Positions 30,853-43,329 of a stretch of DNA of 64,000 bases are shown in pieces. The stretch covers positions 1,671,611-1,735,610 of the forward strand of contig JAWQFM010000006.1 in assembly GCA_033442325.1 (NCBI GenBank), given 5' to 3'. This stretch comes from Salpingoeca rosetta. Lineage: Eukaryota > Protista > Choanoflagellata. The translations under genes were made by a program, and so were the position numbers. The notes under the pieces were generated by a model. It had not been told where the DNA came from. It searched no databases and saw nothing but the letters and a program-made list of their open reading frames with translations. Each line of letters opens with the position of its first letter. Position 1 is the first letter of the stretch.

Positions 30853-31006
30853 CACGACTGCGACGAATGATGGGAAGTGATGCCACTGCTGGTGCCGCAC
30901 TGTTGTTCTCTTCTGGAAACAAGGCCTGCCGCACACCCAACACGAACGCAACAGCTACCACGGCCGCAACCACCACCACCAACAGTGCGCGCTTGGTTTG
31001 CCGCAT
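30853..31006 (-). CDS. Probable first coding exon with a signal anchor; belongs to the peroxidase or to another gene hidden in the gap
   Basis: MRQTKRALLVVVVAAVVAVAFVLGVRQALFPEENN.. is followed by a GTATGC donor and a sense-strand (TG)n tract. Confidence 0.5.
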
Positions 31007-31333
31007 CCAACACCCACGATGACGTAATCCACGGCTCGCAACACCACAAAAAAAACGAGCTTGCTTGCATGTGGTGCGGTCGGACGCAACTTTGCCTCCT
31101 CTCACGTCCGTGATGATACCTGCCTCTCGTTCTAATGGTGATCGTGTGATGTGACAGCACATTCACAACACAACATCACAGCACACGCACAAACAAGGAA
31201 GCAACAGTCACAAAGAAGCAGATAACCACACGCGCATGCACACATAGCGTGTGATGACAGGATTGCGAGAAGCAGAGCAGACAGAAAATACGAAGCAATG
31301 ACAACGACACGGTGACGTGTGACATCTCCACAG

Positions 31334-31384
<51 letters not shown>

Positions 31385-31544
31385 CAGAAGCAACCGAAGG
31401 AAACAGTGCTGTAAGCAAGGGAAGACCAGAAGAAGAAAGCAACATCAGCAGGAGTGTCGCGTAATGCTCCAGTTAACGTGCAGAATGAAATGAGGTGGGT
31501 GGAGACGAGCCCAACACGCGAACAGCCAGGGAAAAGTGTGAGAA

Positions 31545-31605
<61 letters not shown>

Positions 31606-31922
31606 AGCAAGTGACACGAAAGAAGCCAAGGGACGAACAAAAGGAGGAGAAGGAGAGGGCGGGCAACATCCCATAATTGAGCCAGCTGTGTGCACCAGTT
31701 ACTGTCGGGCGCACACTCTATCAACAACAGCGTGGATGAATACAGGATCCACAGCGACTGGTCAAAGGGATTGCCACTCCCGCGCCACTCCATGGTCGTG
31801 TCACAACCACAACAACCAACAACAAGAGACAACGTCCAACATACAACATACAACATACAACAGTGACAACATACAACGTACAACGTACAACATGAACAAG
31901 AGACACCAAGCACACAAACACA

Positions 31923-31961
<39 letters not shown>

Positions 31962-32034
31962 CAGCCAGCAAACAACACAAACAGATACCAGCGAAACAAG
32001 AGCAGTTGGTGACCGGCGGCCAGGGGTGATGTTG

Positions 32035-33548
32035 TTACACCTCCATGGCCTGGTTTGTGGCCGAGTCGTCACCAGAGGCCGCCATGGGCTTGCTCTCAGA
32101 CTTGACCTTGGCAGCATCCTGCGCCGCTGCCGTTGGCGGCTGCGTGCCCGCTGCCTTGGGCTTCTTCGTCACCTGCTCGTCTGACTGCTGCCCCTGCGAC
32201 ACCGCGTCCGCGTCCATCGCCATCTCGTCAGCGACCGGCGCTGGCGGCGGCGGCGGCGTGTATGTCAGGTCTGTGTTCTTGCTCTGCGCAACGAGCTTTG
32301 GGTGCTCGAGCGTCACCTCCGTGGCGCCAAAGAGAATGTTGTCGACGGCCTCCACGCCCATCATGAGCGAGTGGTCCTGGTTGGCCACCTCGTACTTGTA
32401 GCTGCCAAAGCGACCGCGGCTCCAGAAGCCCTTGGACTTGAGCAGCGGCAGCGTCTCGCGCAGGACCTGGTCGCGGATGATGGTTGGCGTCGGGTAGCCG
32501 TGCGGCAGGCGGCGGTGGTACACGCTCACAATCTCGTCCTCGGGCCGGATCAGGTGCACGTTGAGCGCGCCCTGGATGGTCTCCTCCACAATCGTGTCCT
32601 TGTTCACCTTCTTCAGCGGGCTCTCGCTCACCTCAAACATGAGCGACCAGTACGGCCCGCCCTTGGGCTCGCTCGGCGGCTGCGAGGGGTCGCCTGCCAC
32701 GCGGATGGTGGGCAGCTTCGTCTCCGCGGGCGGGCAGTTGGACTTGGCGTACGTGGAGAAGCACGTGCAGCGGTAAAAGGGGCAGTTGCTCTCCGGGTAG
32801 TACAGCCAGCACTTGCGGCCGTGCGGGATCTTGCCGCGCAGGCCAATGCCAATGACGTGCGAGGACGAGTAAAACAGCTTGCCCGCCATCTCCTCCTCGC
32901 CAATGAGGCGCAGCGTGTAGTCGAGCGGCATGGTGCTGATGCACGCCTGGTAGCGGATGCGCGTGCCGTCCTGCAGCGTGACGTGCTTGCCCTCAAGGTC
33001 AAGGCCAACCACCTTGCCGCGGTAGTGGATGCGCTCCTGGGGCAGCAGCTGCGCAATCGAGCTCCAGATGGACCCCGTCCCGCCGTGCTGTCACGCGATA
33101 CCGGGTATTGAGGCAACAGTGTGTTTGGGAGTGGAAGCGGGGTGGGAGAGCAGGAATGTGAGTCGGTTGGCTGTTGAGAGGATTGTCCGAGGGATTGGGT
33201 CAACAAAGAGCACACAACACACCACACCACACCACAAGAACAACACACGTCTCGATACGGCATCACATTGACAACACACCTCGACACGACACCACAAGAA
33301 CAACACATCTCGACACGACACCACAGCCACTCGACACCGCATTGCAGCGGATATCACACCTGTGGGAAGCGGAAGCTGGCTTTTGGTGCTGGGGCACGGC
33401 GGCCGCGGAGGACGTTCTTCATGGAGGCCTTGAGGTCGATGGGCTGCGTGCGGTCACCGAGCCACTCCCACTGCATGTTCGTGGGCGGAATGGCCCACAC
33501 CTTGAAGTTGTATGGGCGCATGAACATGGATGTCACACCCTCGCCTAC

Positions 33549-33598
<50 letters not shown>

Positions 33599-33817
33599 GG
33601 TGAATGAAAAGAAAGAAGGGGGTTCGTTGGCAGAAGGGGACGGGAGAAAGAAAAGGGGAGGGGGAATCAACAAGAAGCCATTGTGAGATGACGTGTAAGG
33701 CGACAAGATGATGCACGAGCTGAGGAGCGGAAACAAGCGCGAGCAGCACACACACACACACACATGGACGATGGATAGACCAGCGAGTACAAAGCCCTTC
33801 ACATGCCCACACACATA

Positions 33818-33869
<52 letters not shown>

Positions 33870-34359
33870 CCCGCTCCAAACACAGACAAAACGGCTCACC
33901 CATGACGTGGACCATCCACTCGTCAAAGTTGCTGGGCTGACGGCCGTGGCTGGAGGAGGCGCGCATGTTGGCGTCAATGAGGCCCTCCAGGCAGAAGATC
34001 TGGTCCTCAACATCCAGGACGCTGAGGTTGTTCTGGAACGGGTACGGCACGTAGCGGTCCTTGATCCAGACAAAGGAGACACGCTCAATAGTGGACCAGG
34101 CGTCGTCGCCTTTGCCAACGGCGTGCTCGAGCAGCTGGTCAAAGTACTTGTAGTGGCTGAAGATGACGTGACCACCCAGGTCAAAGAGGAAGCCCTCGCG
34201 CGTGCGCTCGGAGCGGGCCAGGCCGCCCGGTTGGCTGAACCCGTCCACCACCATCCAGCTCGGGTGGTTGTGTTGGTGCAGGCGGGTGGCGGCGCCAAGG
34301 CCCGTGGGGCCAGCGCCAATCACCAGAATCTCAACATCCATGTCTTGCGGGGTCGACAT
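32035..34359 (-). CDS. GLF: Eukaryotic-type UDP-galactopyranose mutase (flavoenzyme, GlfA/UgmA family); 3 exons
   Basis: Motifs GAGPTGLGAA, FDLGGHVIFSHY, VPYPFQNN, FMRPYNFKVWA, FRFP..GGTG.IW, CPFYR, GPYWSLMFEVSES, HGYPTP and SRGRFGSYKYEVANQDHS. Confidence 0.93.
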
Positions 34360-35341
34360 GACTGATGTCTGCTGTTGCGGATATGTGCTGTTGTGGATAT
34401 GTGCTGTTGTGGATGTCTGATGTAGGGTACCAGTGGCGGTGGTGTTCGTACCAGCTTCACACGGGCTATGTGTTCAATGAGCAGTTGTGTGGAAAGATGG
34501 GGAGACTGAAGACCTAGGCCCAGCTATGAGAGGGGGGGGGGATTCTGCACATTCAACCACAGCACAGCACAAGGAATGGAAAATGATGGGCAAGTTGTGG
34601 TGGTGGGGGGGGGGGAAGGTGAGCACGTGATCCGGCGATATGAAGCGCGTGGTGTTGTGTTGTGTGGTGTGGTGGTGGTGGTACGTGAAGGGCATGGCAT
34701 GCCATCAATTACGGCAATCCCCAAGGCAAAGTGCAACGCACAAGAGCAGCGCAAATCGTGCATCCCCCCTGCCCCTGCTTGATGTGATCATCACCCCAAC
34801 ACACAACTCCTCCACGATGTGCCACCCAACGACCGCACGACCGCACGACCGCACATTCCCCTGTTCTCACCTGTTTGGCTAAAGGATGGCTCAAAGCAGA
34901 CACGAAGCCAACGCACACACACACACACACACACACACAAAGCCAAAAGGCCAGACAAAAAACAACCAAACACCCCAGAAACAAGGATAGGGTGTATGCC
35001 TGCTTTTTTCTTGCGTGCTTCTGTCTCTTCTTCTTCTGCACTCAACACTCTCTTTTGGTTGGCGGGCTGGTTGGCTGGTGTGCTGCTGGATATGGATGGG
35101 GGCTTGTTGTCTGCTGCTGGTCTTGCGTCTTGCGTCTTGCCTTGTGTGTGTTTGTGCGTGTGAGTGGCGAGGGTGTGTGGCGAGCGCGACACCAACCTTA
35201 CACACGACCGTGCCGAAGAGTTGTTGGAAACATGCACAAAGAATCGCGTGATTTGGGCGACTGATGCAAGTAGGAAAATTCGCGATACGAGCGAATGTTG
35301 TGGGTCTGCGCCTGAATTCAGTCATCTCGTCACCGGGCACG

Positions 35342-35504
35342 ATGGCAAAGAAGAAGAAAAGGCAGCAAAGCAAGAGTCAGGCGGCTGCTGGCGATGGCGG
35401 GGATGGGGACGGTGGCGGTGGTGGCGGCTTGGAATCATGGAAGCGGTGCCAGGCTCGTCTCAAGACGGCACAGCGCCACATGAAAAATGTCAAATTACAC
35501 GCCG

Positions 35505-35560
<56 letters not shown>

Positions 35561-35928
35561 CTGGCGTGTGGGTGCGTGTGTGTGTGGCGTGTGGGTTGTG
35601 CTTGGGGGTGGTGATGCTTGTGCTTGTCGGCTATCAGCCACAATCGTCCTCACACACGCACGCACACACATGCACACACACACACACACACACATACATG
35701 CACACACACACACGCATTCGCCATAGATGTTCTTGATGGATCGGCTAGTGTACAAGTATTCAAACCAGTTGAAACGGGAGCGGTCCTTCCAGCTGCTGCG
35801 CAAGCTGCGCAAGATTGCCGCCCGCATCGATGTGCGTAGACATATGCGCTCATAACCCTGTGTTTCTTTGTATACATTGCAACATGGGGCGTGGTTGACT
35901 CGTGCACCTGCACATGAACGCGCATTAC

Positions 35929-35964
<36 letters not shown>

Positions 35965-36900
35965 CACTCACCCACACCCACGCACGCACCCACACACACA
36001 CCTTCACACTCACACCTTCACACACACCCACTCACACCCACACCCACTCACACCCACGCACGCACTCACACTCACTCACACTCACTCACACCCACACACC
36101 CACTCACACCCACACCCACGCACGCACTCACACTCACACCTTCACACGCACACATTCACACACACACCTTCACGCACATGCTTGTCAATTCTACAGGAGC
36201 TGGAGCCCACAGAGCTGCCCCAGCGGTATCTTGAGGTGGGAAAAGAGGCGCGGAGACAGAAGCGCAGCATGAGTATCACGAGAACAAGCAAACCCGCCAT
36301 CGCTAACCCCGAAGGCGAGGGCAGCACCAGCACCAGCACCGTGTTTCCCACACTCGCCATGGAACAAGAGATGGCTACGCTGCAAGGCCTGTTGCAGCAA
36401 GCAGAGGTGGTGAGCGAACGCGCCGCTGCAGAGTGTAAGGTGCAGCTAGAGAAGGGCCTGTTCATGCCGTTTCACCTCGTGGTGCTCTCCAACGCCAGCC
36501 GCACGTGGAGCATGTGCAAGTTTACTGCGTTTACCCTCGAGCACATTCAGCGCGCTCTCGCTGCGTTTGCCAAAGCCATCACACCCAGCGTCTCTGCTGC
36601 TGCCCTTGTGTACGTTCACGCTATGTATGTGTGTGTGCCTGTGGTGTGTGTGTGCGTGTGTGTGTGTGTGAGTAAGTGTGTGAGTGAGTGTGCGAGAGAG
36701 AGTGTGTGAGTGAGTGTGTGAGTGAGCGAGTGAGCGCGTGTATGTTGTGTGAGTGAGTGAGTGAGTGAGCGCGTGTATGCTGGGTTCGTTCGTTCGTTCA
36801 TTCGTTTGGATACTTCTCCCTTTCCTTCAAGCACTCCTCTGTTCTCACAATCCCTCGTCACAACACACACACACACACACACGCACACACACACACACAC

Positions 36901-36938
<38 letters not shown>

Positions 36939-37317
36939 ACACAGTGATACGCCTGCGGCTGCGGTGCTGTCAGAAACGGAGGACGAAGAAGACATGCCGG
37001 CACACGCAGCGACACCATCAGTGCCAACGGCAGCAAGCGATGCTGCCGCACCTACAGCTGCAGGGCGTGCGCCGGGGGATGCGTTGGTTGAGCGTGAGGA
37101 CCGGCAGGATGAGGGGGCAGACCAGCAGCCACGAAAGCGAGCAAAGGTAGTCCCGCTCAACACGGTGGACAGCGACGCCGAGGAGCAAAGCAATGGCAAC
37201 AACGGCGGTCGTGGTGGCGGTGGTGCTAATGGTGGTGGTGGTGGCGGTGGTGGTGATGATGGTGGTGGTGGTGGCGGTGATGCCGATGAGATTGACGCCA
37301 TCTTCGGGTTCATGTGA
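35342..37317 (+). CDS. NEPRO: NEPRO/Rmp1-like nucleolar protein (RNase MRP-associated family); 4 exons
   Basis: LVYKYSNQLKRERSFQLLRKL, GLFMPFHLVVLSNASRTW and C-terminal DEIDAIFGFM* resemble recalled NEPRO/Rmp1 motifs. Confidence 0.65.
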
Positions 37318-37539
37318 GGTGGCCGCAGCACGTCGGTGTTCGCATGCATGGGGGAGGCGCTTGTGTATTATGCGCTGTCAATGGCATCCGAGGCAACATT
37401 ATGTGTACATGTATGTTAATGGAACGCAGCATAAACAACAACCAACAACAAGAACAAGAAAGCCACATTGTTGTCTCACATCTCACTATAACCAGCCAAG
37501 CACAAAGCCCCCCCCCCCAAGCAGTGACAAACCAACAGG

Positions 37540-38544
37540 ATGGAGCGGGTGAGGCGAAGACCCGTGTTTCCGAAGACGCCGCAGACACGGCGAATCAAGG
37601 TCCTGACGTTGGGGTGCACTGGGGTGGGCAAGAGCTGCCTGATCAAGCGGTACTGCGAGCGCAGGTTTGTCAGCAAATACCTGCCCACCATCGGCATCGA
37701 CTACGGCATCACCGTGTGGCAACCAGCAGAGCAAGCAGCCTCCGGCAGCGCACAGCGCAGGCAGAGCACAAGCGCCAGCGGCACCACAGCAGGCAGCAGT
37801 AGCAGCAGTAGCAGCAGTAGCAGCGCGGCTAGTGGCGACGCGCTGGTGCGCGTCAACTTCTTCGACACCTCTGGCGATGACGTGTACTACTCTGTGAGGA
37901 ACGAGTTCTACGAGTACACGCAGGGGATCTTGCTTGTGTTTGACGTGAACAAGCGTCGCACCTTCGAACGCCTCAACGACTGGCTGGAGGAGATGAGCAA
38001 CGAGATGGGCCAGGCAGCCATGCAGCAGTGCTGCGTCGTCGTGTGCGCGAACAAGGTGGACGTGGAGCCGGCATCGCAGCCTGCCACGCGCGAGGGGAAG
38101 CGGACCACGGCGCAGCCGATCCCGCCCTCGCAGCGGGCCGTCTCGCTGGGCGAGGCGCAGCTATGGGCGGAGAGCCACGGCTACCGCCTCTTCGAGACGT
38201 CCGCGCAGACGGGGAACAACGTCGCGGAAGCGTTCCACGCGCTGTTTGCGGCTGCGCTCAGCGTCGCGGGCATGGCGGACGTGCCGGCCAACGTGAACAC
38301 GGTCACGCCGCGGTTCACCAAGGACGACCTGGACGCCGTCACGCGCGTGCTTGCTGCAAAGAGCGACCACGGGGCCCTCGGCATCGGCGCCGGCAGCGAC
38401 GCGGCAGAGGTGCAGCGCGCGTTCCGAGCGCTCGCGGGCAAGATCCACCCCGACAAGAACCAGGCGCCAGGCAGCGACGACGCCTTCAAGCGCGTGCTGC
38501 AGGCCAAGGACGCCCTGCTTGCTGGCCAAGCAAACGCTGCATAG
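37540..38544 (+). CDS. DNAJC27: RJL/RBJ Ras-like GTPase fused to a C-terminal J domain; intronless
   Basis: Motifs GCTGVGKSCLIKRYCERRFVSKYLPTIGIDYG, DTSG, VRNEFY, NKVD, FETSA and J-domain IHPDKNQAPGSDDAFK. Confidence 0.95.
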   Translation: MERVRRRPVFPKTPQTRRIKVLTLGCTGVGKSCLIKRYCERRFVSKYLPTIGIDYGITVWQPAEQAASGSAQRRQSTSASGTTAGSSSSSSSSSSAASGDALVRVNFFDTSGDDVYYSVRNEFYEYTQGILLVFDVNKRRTFERLNDWLEEMSNEMGQAAMQQCCVVVCANKVDVEPASQPATREGKRTTAQPIPPSQRAVSLGEAQLWAESHGYRLFETSAQTGNNVAEAFHALFAAALSVAGMADVPANVNTVTPRFTKDDLDAVTRVLAAKSDHGALGIGAGSDAAEVQRAFRALAGKIHPDKNQAPGSDDAFKRVLQAKDALLAGQANAA

Positions 38545-38904
38545 CACACCACAGCAGCAGCAGCAGCACTTGTCTGTTGCTACACAGCTCTTCATCTCCC
38601 CCTCTCCTCTCTTCTCCTCTTCCCCTGTTCCCCCATCTCTCTTGCTTTGTTTTGCCTGAGGTGCTGTGTAACCGTCAAGCAAGCGTTTTGCTGCTGTTGC
38701 CAAGCAGCGCCCATAATCGACCAACCAACAACAACGAAGCAAGCCAAGCGAGCGCGCAGCGAGTTCGATCGTCCACTCTCCGCGCACACACACACGCGAT
38801 CACACATCACACAGGAAACCTCAGACAACAGTGGAGGTCGCATAGGCAGGCGGGCGGGAAGGCAGGCAGACACCCCCCCCAAACACACACACATACACAC
38901 GCAC

Positions 38905-38964
<60 letters not shown>

Positions 38965-38978
38965 TTCGGTCTTGGACG

Positions 38979-39857
38979 ATGACGCTGGTGATCCCGGGCG
39001 AGGCCGGGCAACGTGCCCAGGCGCGTGCAAGCTACATCTTGCAAGAAACACAGGAGGCTGTGCAGTGGGGTGGCGTGGCATGGGCTCCCCCAGATAAGCG
39101 GGAGCCGCTCACGCGCGACACCGTCTTGGACGCCCTCGCCGACTTTGTGGAGTACGGCGGGCGCCAGATCCTCTTCACGGGCTACGCGCACAGGCAAGGC
39201 TGGAGCATAGGCAGCGATCCAAGCAACATCGTCACCTGGCGCACGCTCATGCACACGATTGACAAGGCGCTCGCAAGCCCGGCCACCATCGTCCTGTGGA
39301 TGCTCGGCACGTGCGCTGCCAACGCCGACGCCCCATTCCACACCTTCAACCGCCAGCGGCAGGACGGCACCAAGCCCAAGCGCAAGGCCCACTTTGCTGT
39401 GCGCTTCTTTGGCGGCGCGGAGGCCCTCCCTTACCAGATGCCGTGCTCGACCAAGAAGCCCGCAAGGAGGGGCCACACGAAGGAGGGCGACAAGAAGAAG
39501 CCCGAGAAGAAGGACAAGAAGAAGCCCGAGAAGAAAGGGAAAGGCGCGCCAGAGTCACCGGTTGCCACTGCCCCCGCTGATGCAACCGTGTGGCCGGGGT
39601 CACAGCGGTGTACGCCGAGCATCCGCCCTGCCGAGGCCACGCGCGCCGTTGTTTTGGCGGTGGAGCGACAGGGCCACATCCCATCGGGGGTGTCCATGCA
39701 GCTGGACGCCACCATTGCCCGGCTCGGTCTCCGCGTTCCCGTCATCGGCCCTGACGCTGCTGATCCATCTCGACCCGAACACGACCTGCAACCGGCCCCA
39801 TACGTCTGCAGCAGGCTCTCCGCTTCACAGGAGCGCCCACAACAGCAACACCACCAC

Positions 39858-39904
<47 letters not shown>

Positions 39905-40379
39905 CCAGCGTGATGCGCGTAAACAAAGTCAACACCAACAACCACAACAGAGACGACAGCGACGGCGCGGCAGTGCAGAGGATTTGCTGGATGTGGCGTT
40001 TGTCTCCCGTGCATGCGAGTACGTGCAACAAGATGGCGATGATGGTGGTGATGGTGGTGATGGTGGGCCGAGCGTGTCGCCAGCAAAGCAGACGGCACGC
40101 GGGAGCACAACCGGCCTGTGGTGGCAGGCAACCAGAAACGCTCGACAGCCGTGCAAAGTCAACGCCATCTACACGATGATGCCAGACCCGCACCGCATCC
40201 TGCCGTCTCCAACAGCCGCCCACGCTGTGTTTGAGGGTGTGCATCGCCACCTCTTTCGCCTGCTGTGCACATCTGACCGCAGTGGCGTGTTCCACGCTCC
40301 GCTCGGCCCGTTGCCCATCACCATCGCCGACACCACTGTTCAGCTCACCATTCGCCGCAACCTCACGCGCCAAACCTAA
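38979..40379 (+). CDS. Uncharacterised protein (about 466 aa single ORF); possible degenerate caspase-like fold at the N-terminus
   Basis: Long GC-rich ORF with coding-like codon usage. A globular N-terminal region is followed by a Lys-rich repeat (KKKPEK) and polyQ. An AG acceptor at 38964 allows upstream exons. Confidence 0.7.
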
Positions 40380-40811
40380 GAACACACGCGCATGTGTGTG
40401 GTTTGATAGTTAGTTCGTGTGCGTGTGTGTGTTTGTGTGTGTGTGTGTGTGTGTGGTGTGTGTGGTGTGTGCATGGCAGGTTGTTGCTTGCTTACATACA
40501 CACAAGCACAATTGCCCTGTCAGGCTTTACTGCAGCTAACAGCGTCATGCTTGTTTGATTGAGAGTTAAAAGCTTCTTATTGGGTACCGTGAACTACAGA
40601 ACAACTGCTTGACTTGCTTTGGGTTTTGGTTTCCAAGGGTCAAATACACAACCACCGCGCATGGTGCGTGCAAGCATCCAACAAGCCAGCAAGGCGTCCA
40701 CTGGCAACGGCTCTAACAGGATGCCAATTTGCAGAGAATTGGGGGGAGGGGGTGGAGACAATGGGCTCTTGGAAGGAGCGAGAAAGCACACGCCCGAGCA
40801 AAAGCGAGATG

Positions 40812-40875
<64 letters not shown>

Positions 40876-40883
40876 TCCGGGTG

Positions 40884-41539
40884 TCATGTGTCAGGGCGGA
40901 GGGCCTGCTGACTGTGGCTTCCACGCTCCTTCCCAAAGACGGCCTGGAACAGCGCGCGCATGTATCCCACAGCAAAGATGCGCCCCACCATCGTGTACCC
41001 AGACGCCTTGCCCGAGGTGTACCCTCTCGCCTTCTCCTCGTCGGCGTGCGCGTGCTCAAAGTCTGGCAGCAGCGGCACGTGGTCGGGGCGAATGATGCCG
41101 TTGAAGCCAACGTCGCGCCAGGCAGCCAGCGCCGCGTGCATATCCGTCTGGCCGTCGTCCTGAAACGTCTCCACAAACCCGTCCTGTGCATTGCCCTTGA
41201 CGTCGCGGAAGTGCACAAAGTGCACGCGGTGGCCGAGCCGCTTGATGGTGTCTGGGATATCCACGCCCATCTCACTGAAGCAGCCCTGGCAGAAGGTGAT
41301 GCCGTTGTGCGGGCTGTCCACGATGGAGCACATGCGCTCAAATGCGTCGGGCGTCGTCATGATGCGCGCCAGTCCCCGGATGCGTGGGAACGGCGGATCA
41401 TCTGCACATGAGGGAGTGGGTGAGCGTGTGGGTGAGTGAGTGTGTGAGTTTGAATGTGTGTGTGTGTGTGTGTGTGTGTGAGTGTGTGGGTATCTGTGCG
41501 GATTGCGGGTAGTAGTACACGGCGCAAACACATGCACTG

Positions 41540-41585
<46 letters not shown>

Positions 41586-42042
41586 GCGCACGCTGCTGAA
41601 CGCGAGACATACAAGACACCTGGGTGGCACGCCAAGTACACGCCCGCGGCCTCTGCGACGGGGACTACAGCCTTGAGAAAGTATTCAAAGTTGGCCCACA
41701 TGTCCTCGTGGGTTGTCTCGCCTTCCGCCGTGCGCACACTGTCGTCAAAGTCTGACCACTTCCACTCGCTCGACAGCGCACCGCCACGAATCGGCACCTC
41801 GTATGACGTGCGTCCCACGCGAAACGACCACGGCATGAAGTTGTAGCCTGCACTCCATCATGCGCATGCACGTGAGGGTCAGGGCGGACATGCGCGCGCG
41901 CGTGTGTGTGTGTGTGCGTGGGTTGAGTGAGTGAGCGCAGTGGCGCGAGGTTGCGTGGGACATTTGAGTTTGGCGATGACGCTGGAGTGCTGGCGTGGAT
42001 GGCAGGGCATGCAAACCATGCGCGCAATGCAAAGCGCGTTCA

Positions 42043-42140
<98 letters not shown>

Positions 42141-42289
42141 GCGACGCACAGAGAATCGGGATTTGGGCTTCACCCATGGCACGGATGCACTTTTTGAAGT
42201 GTTCCAGCTGCTCATCTCGTCCAGGCTTTCCTTGCACAATCAAGTCCATGGGCGGGCCGCCCTGCAGGAATACATACGTGTGATGTGTG

Positions 42290-42355
<66 letters not shown>

Positions 42356-42982
42356 GTGTGAGACTTGGGTTGGGGGGCGGCACTCGCACAGTGTTTGTGA
42401 GACACATATGCCACAAGCAATCTAACACGCGCGCGCACACACACATACACACATTCTACCTCGATGGCGGAGAGACGCAAGTTGTATGCTTCGCATTGCT
42501 GTCGCAACGCTACGAGTTCCTCCACTGTGTCTGGCATGGCGTCCATGTCATAGTAGACGACATCTGGCCCGCGTGGATTGCGTGTGTGTGTATGTGTACA
42601 TGAGTGTGTGTGCGTGTGAGAGAGAAAGGATCGCGTGGATCGAACTCGGCATACAGATACCATTTCACGACCGCTTACACACACGCACACTTCTACACAC
42701 ACACACACTCATCTACACATACGTACACACCTGTGACGCCGATCTGAGCGGCGAGCCTTAGGTTCTTGTCATTGAGAGGTGTGAGCACGCTGGCGATCCT
42801 GGGTGTTGCTCCCGTCCAGTTGCAGTACTTGATCCCCTGCCACACGTGAGTTGTGGGTGGACCGGGTTTCAATATGTGCGTTGTACATGTGTGTGTGTGC
42901 ATGTGTGTGTGCATGTGGATGTGTCTGGATGGTGTCGCCACTTGTCTCACAGACAGACAGACACACAACCACACAACACAAC

Positions 42983-43043
<61 letters not shown>

Positions 43044-43114
43044 TAGACAGACAGACAGACAGACAGACACACACACACACACACACAACACAACACAACA
43101 CAACCACACAACAC

Positions 43115-43159
<45 letters not shown>

Positions 43160-43172
43160 CACTCACTGCCAT
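40884..43172 (-). CDS. uxuA: Mannonate dehydratase (UxuA family); 6 exons, first coding exon only ATGGCA
   Basis: Motifs AAQIGVT, GRDEQLEHFK, CYNFMP, MWANFEYFLKAVVPVAE, CHPDDPP, NGITFCQG, HFVHFRDV, IRPDHVP and GRIFAVGYMRAL. Confidence 0.93.
42985..43066. repeat. (CAGA)n tetranucleotide repeat in uxuA intron 1
   Basis: Seen directly. Confidence 0.95.
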
Positions 43173-43329
43173 CTTCGCTGTTTGTTTGTTGTTTTCGGGG
43201 GCTGTCCTCCAAAGGCAAAATTGCGCTCTGAACAAAGACAAATTTGCCTTTGGCATCATCGCTTATCACTCACACACACAACCAGACAGCCCTCACGACC
43301 ACAACATACCACACGCCACGAGCAGCAAT

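Noticed and set aside
29539-31166. Long 350-540 aa ORFs spanning the gap
   Set aside because: They are artefacts of the N run.
38028-38978. 5' half of the 783 aa ORF overlapping DNAJC27 in another frame
   Set aside because: It is an off-frame read of the RJL gene plus a CA repeat. Only the part from about 38979 looks coding.
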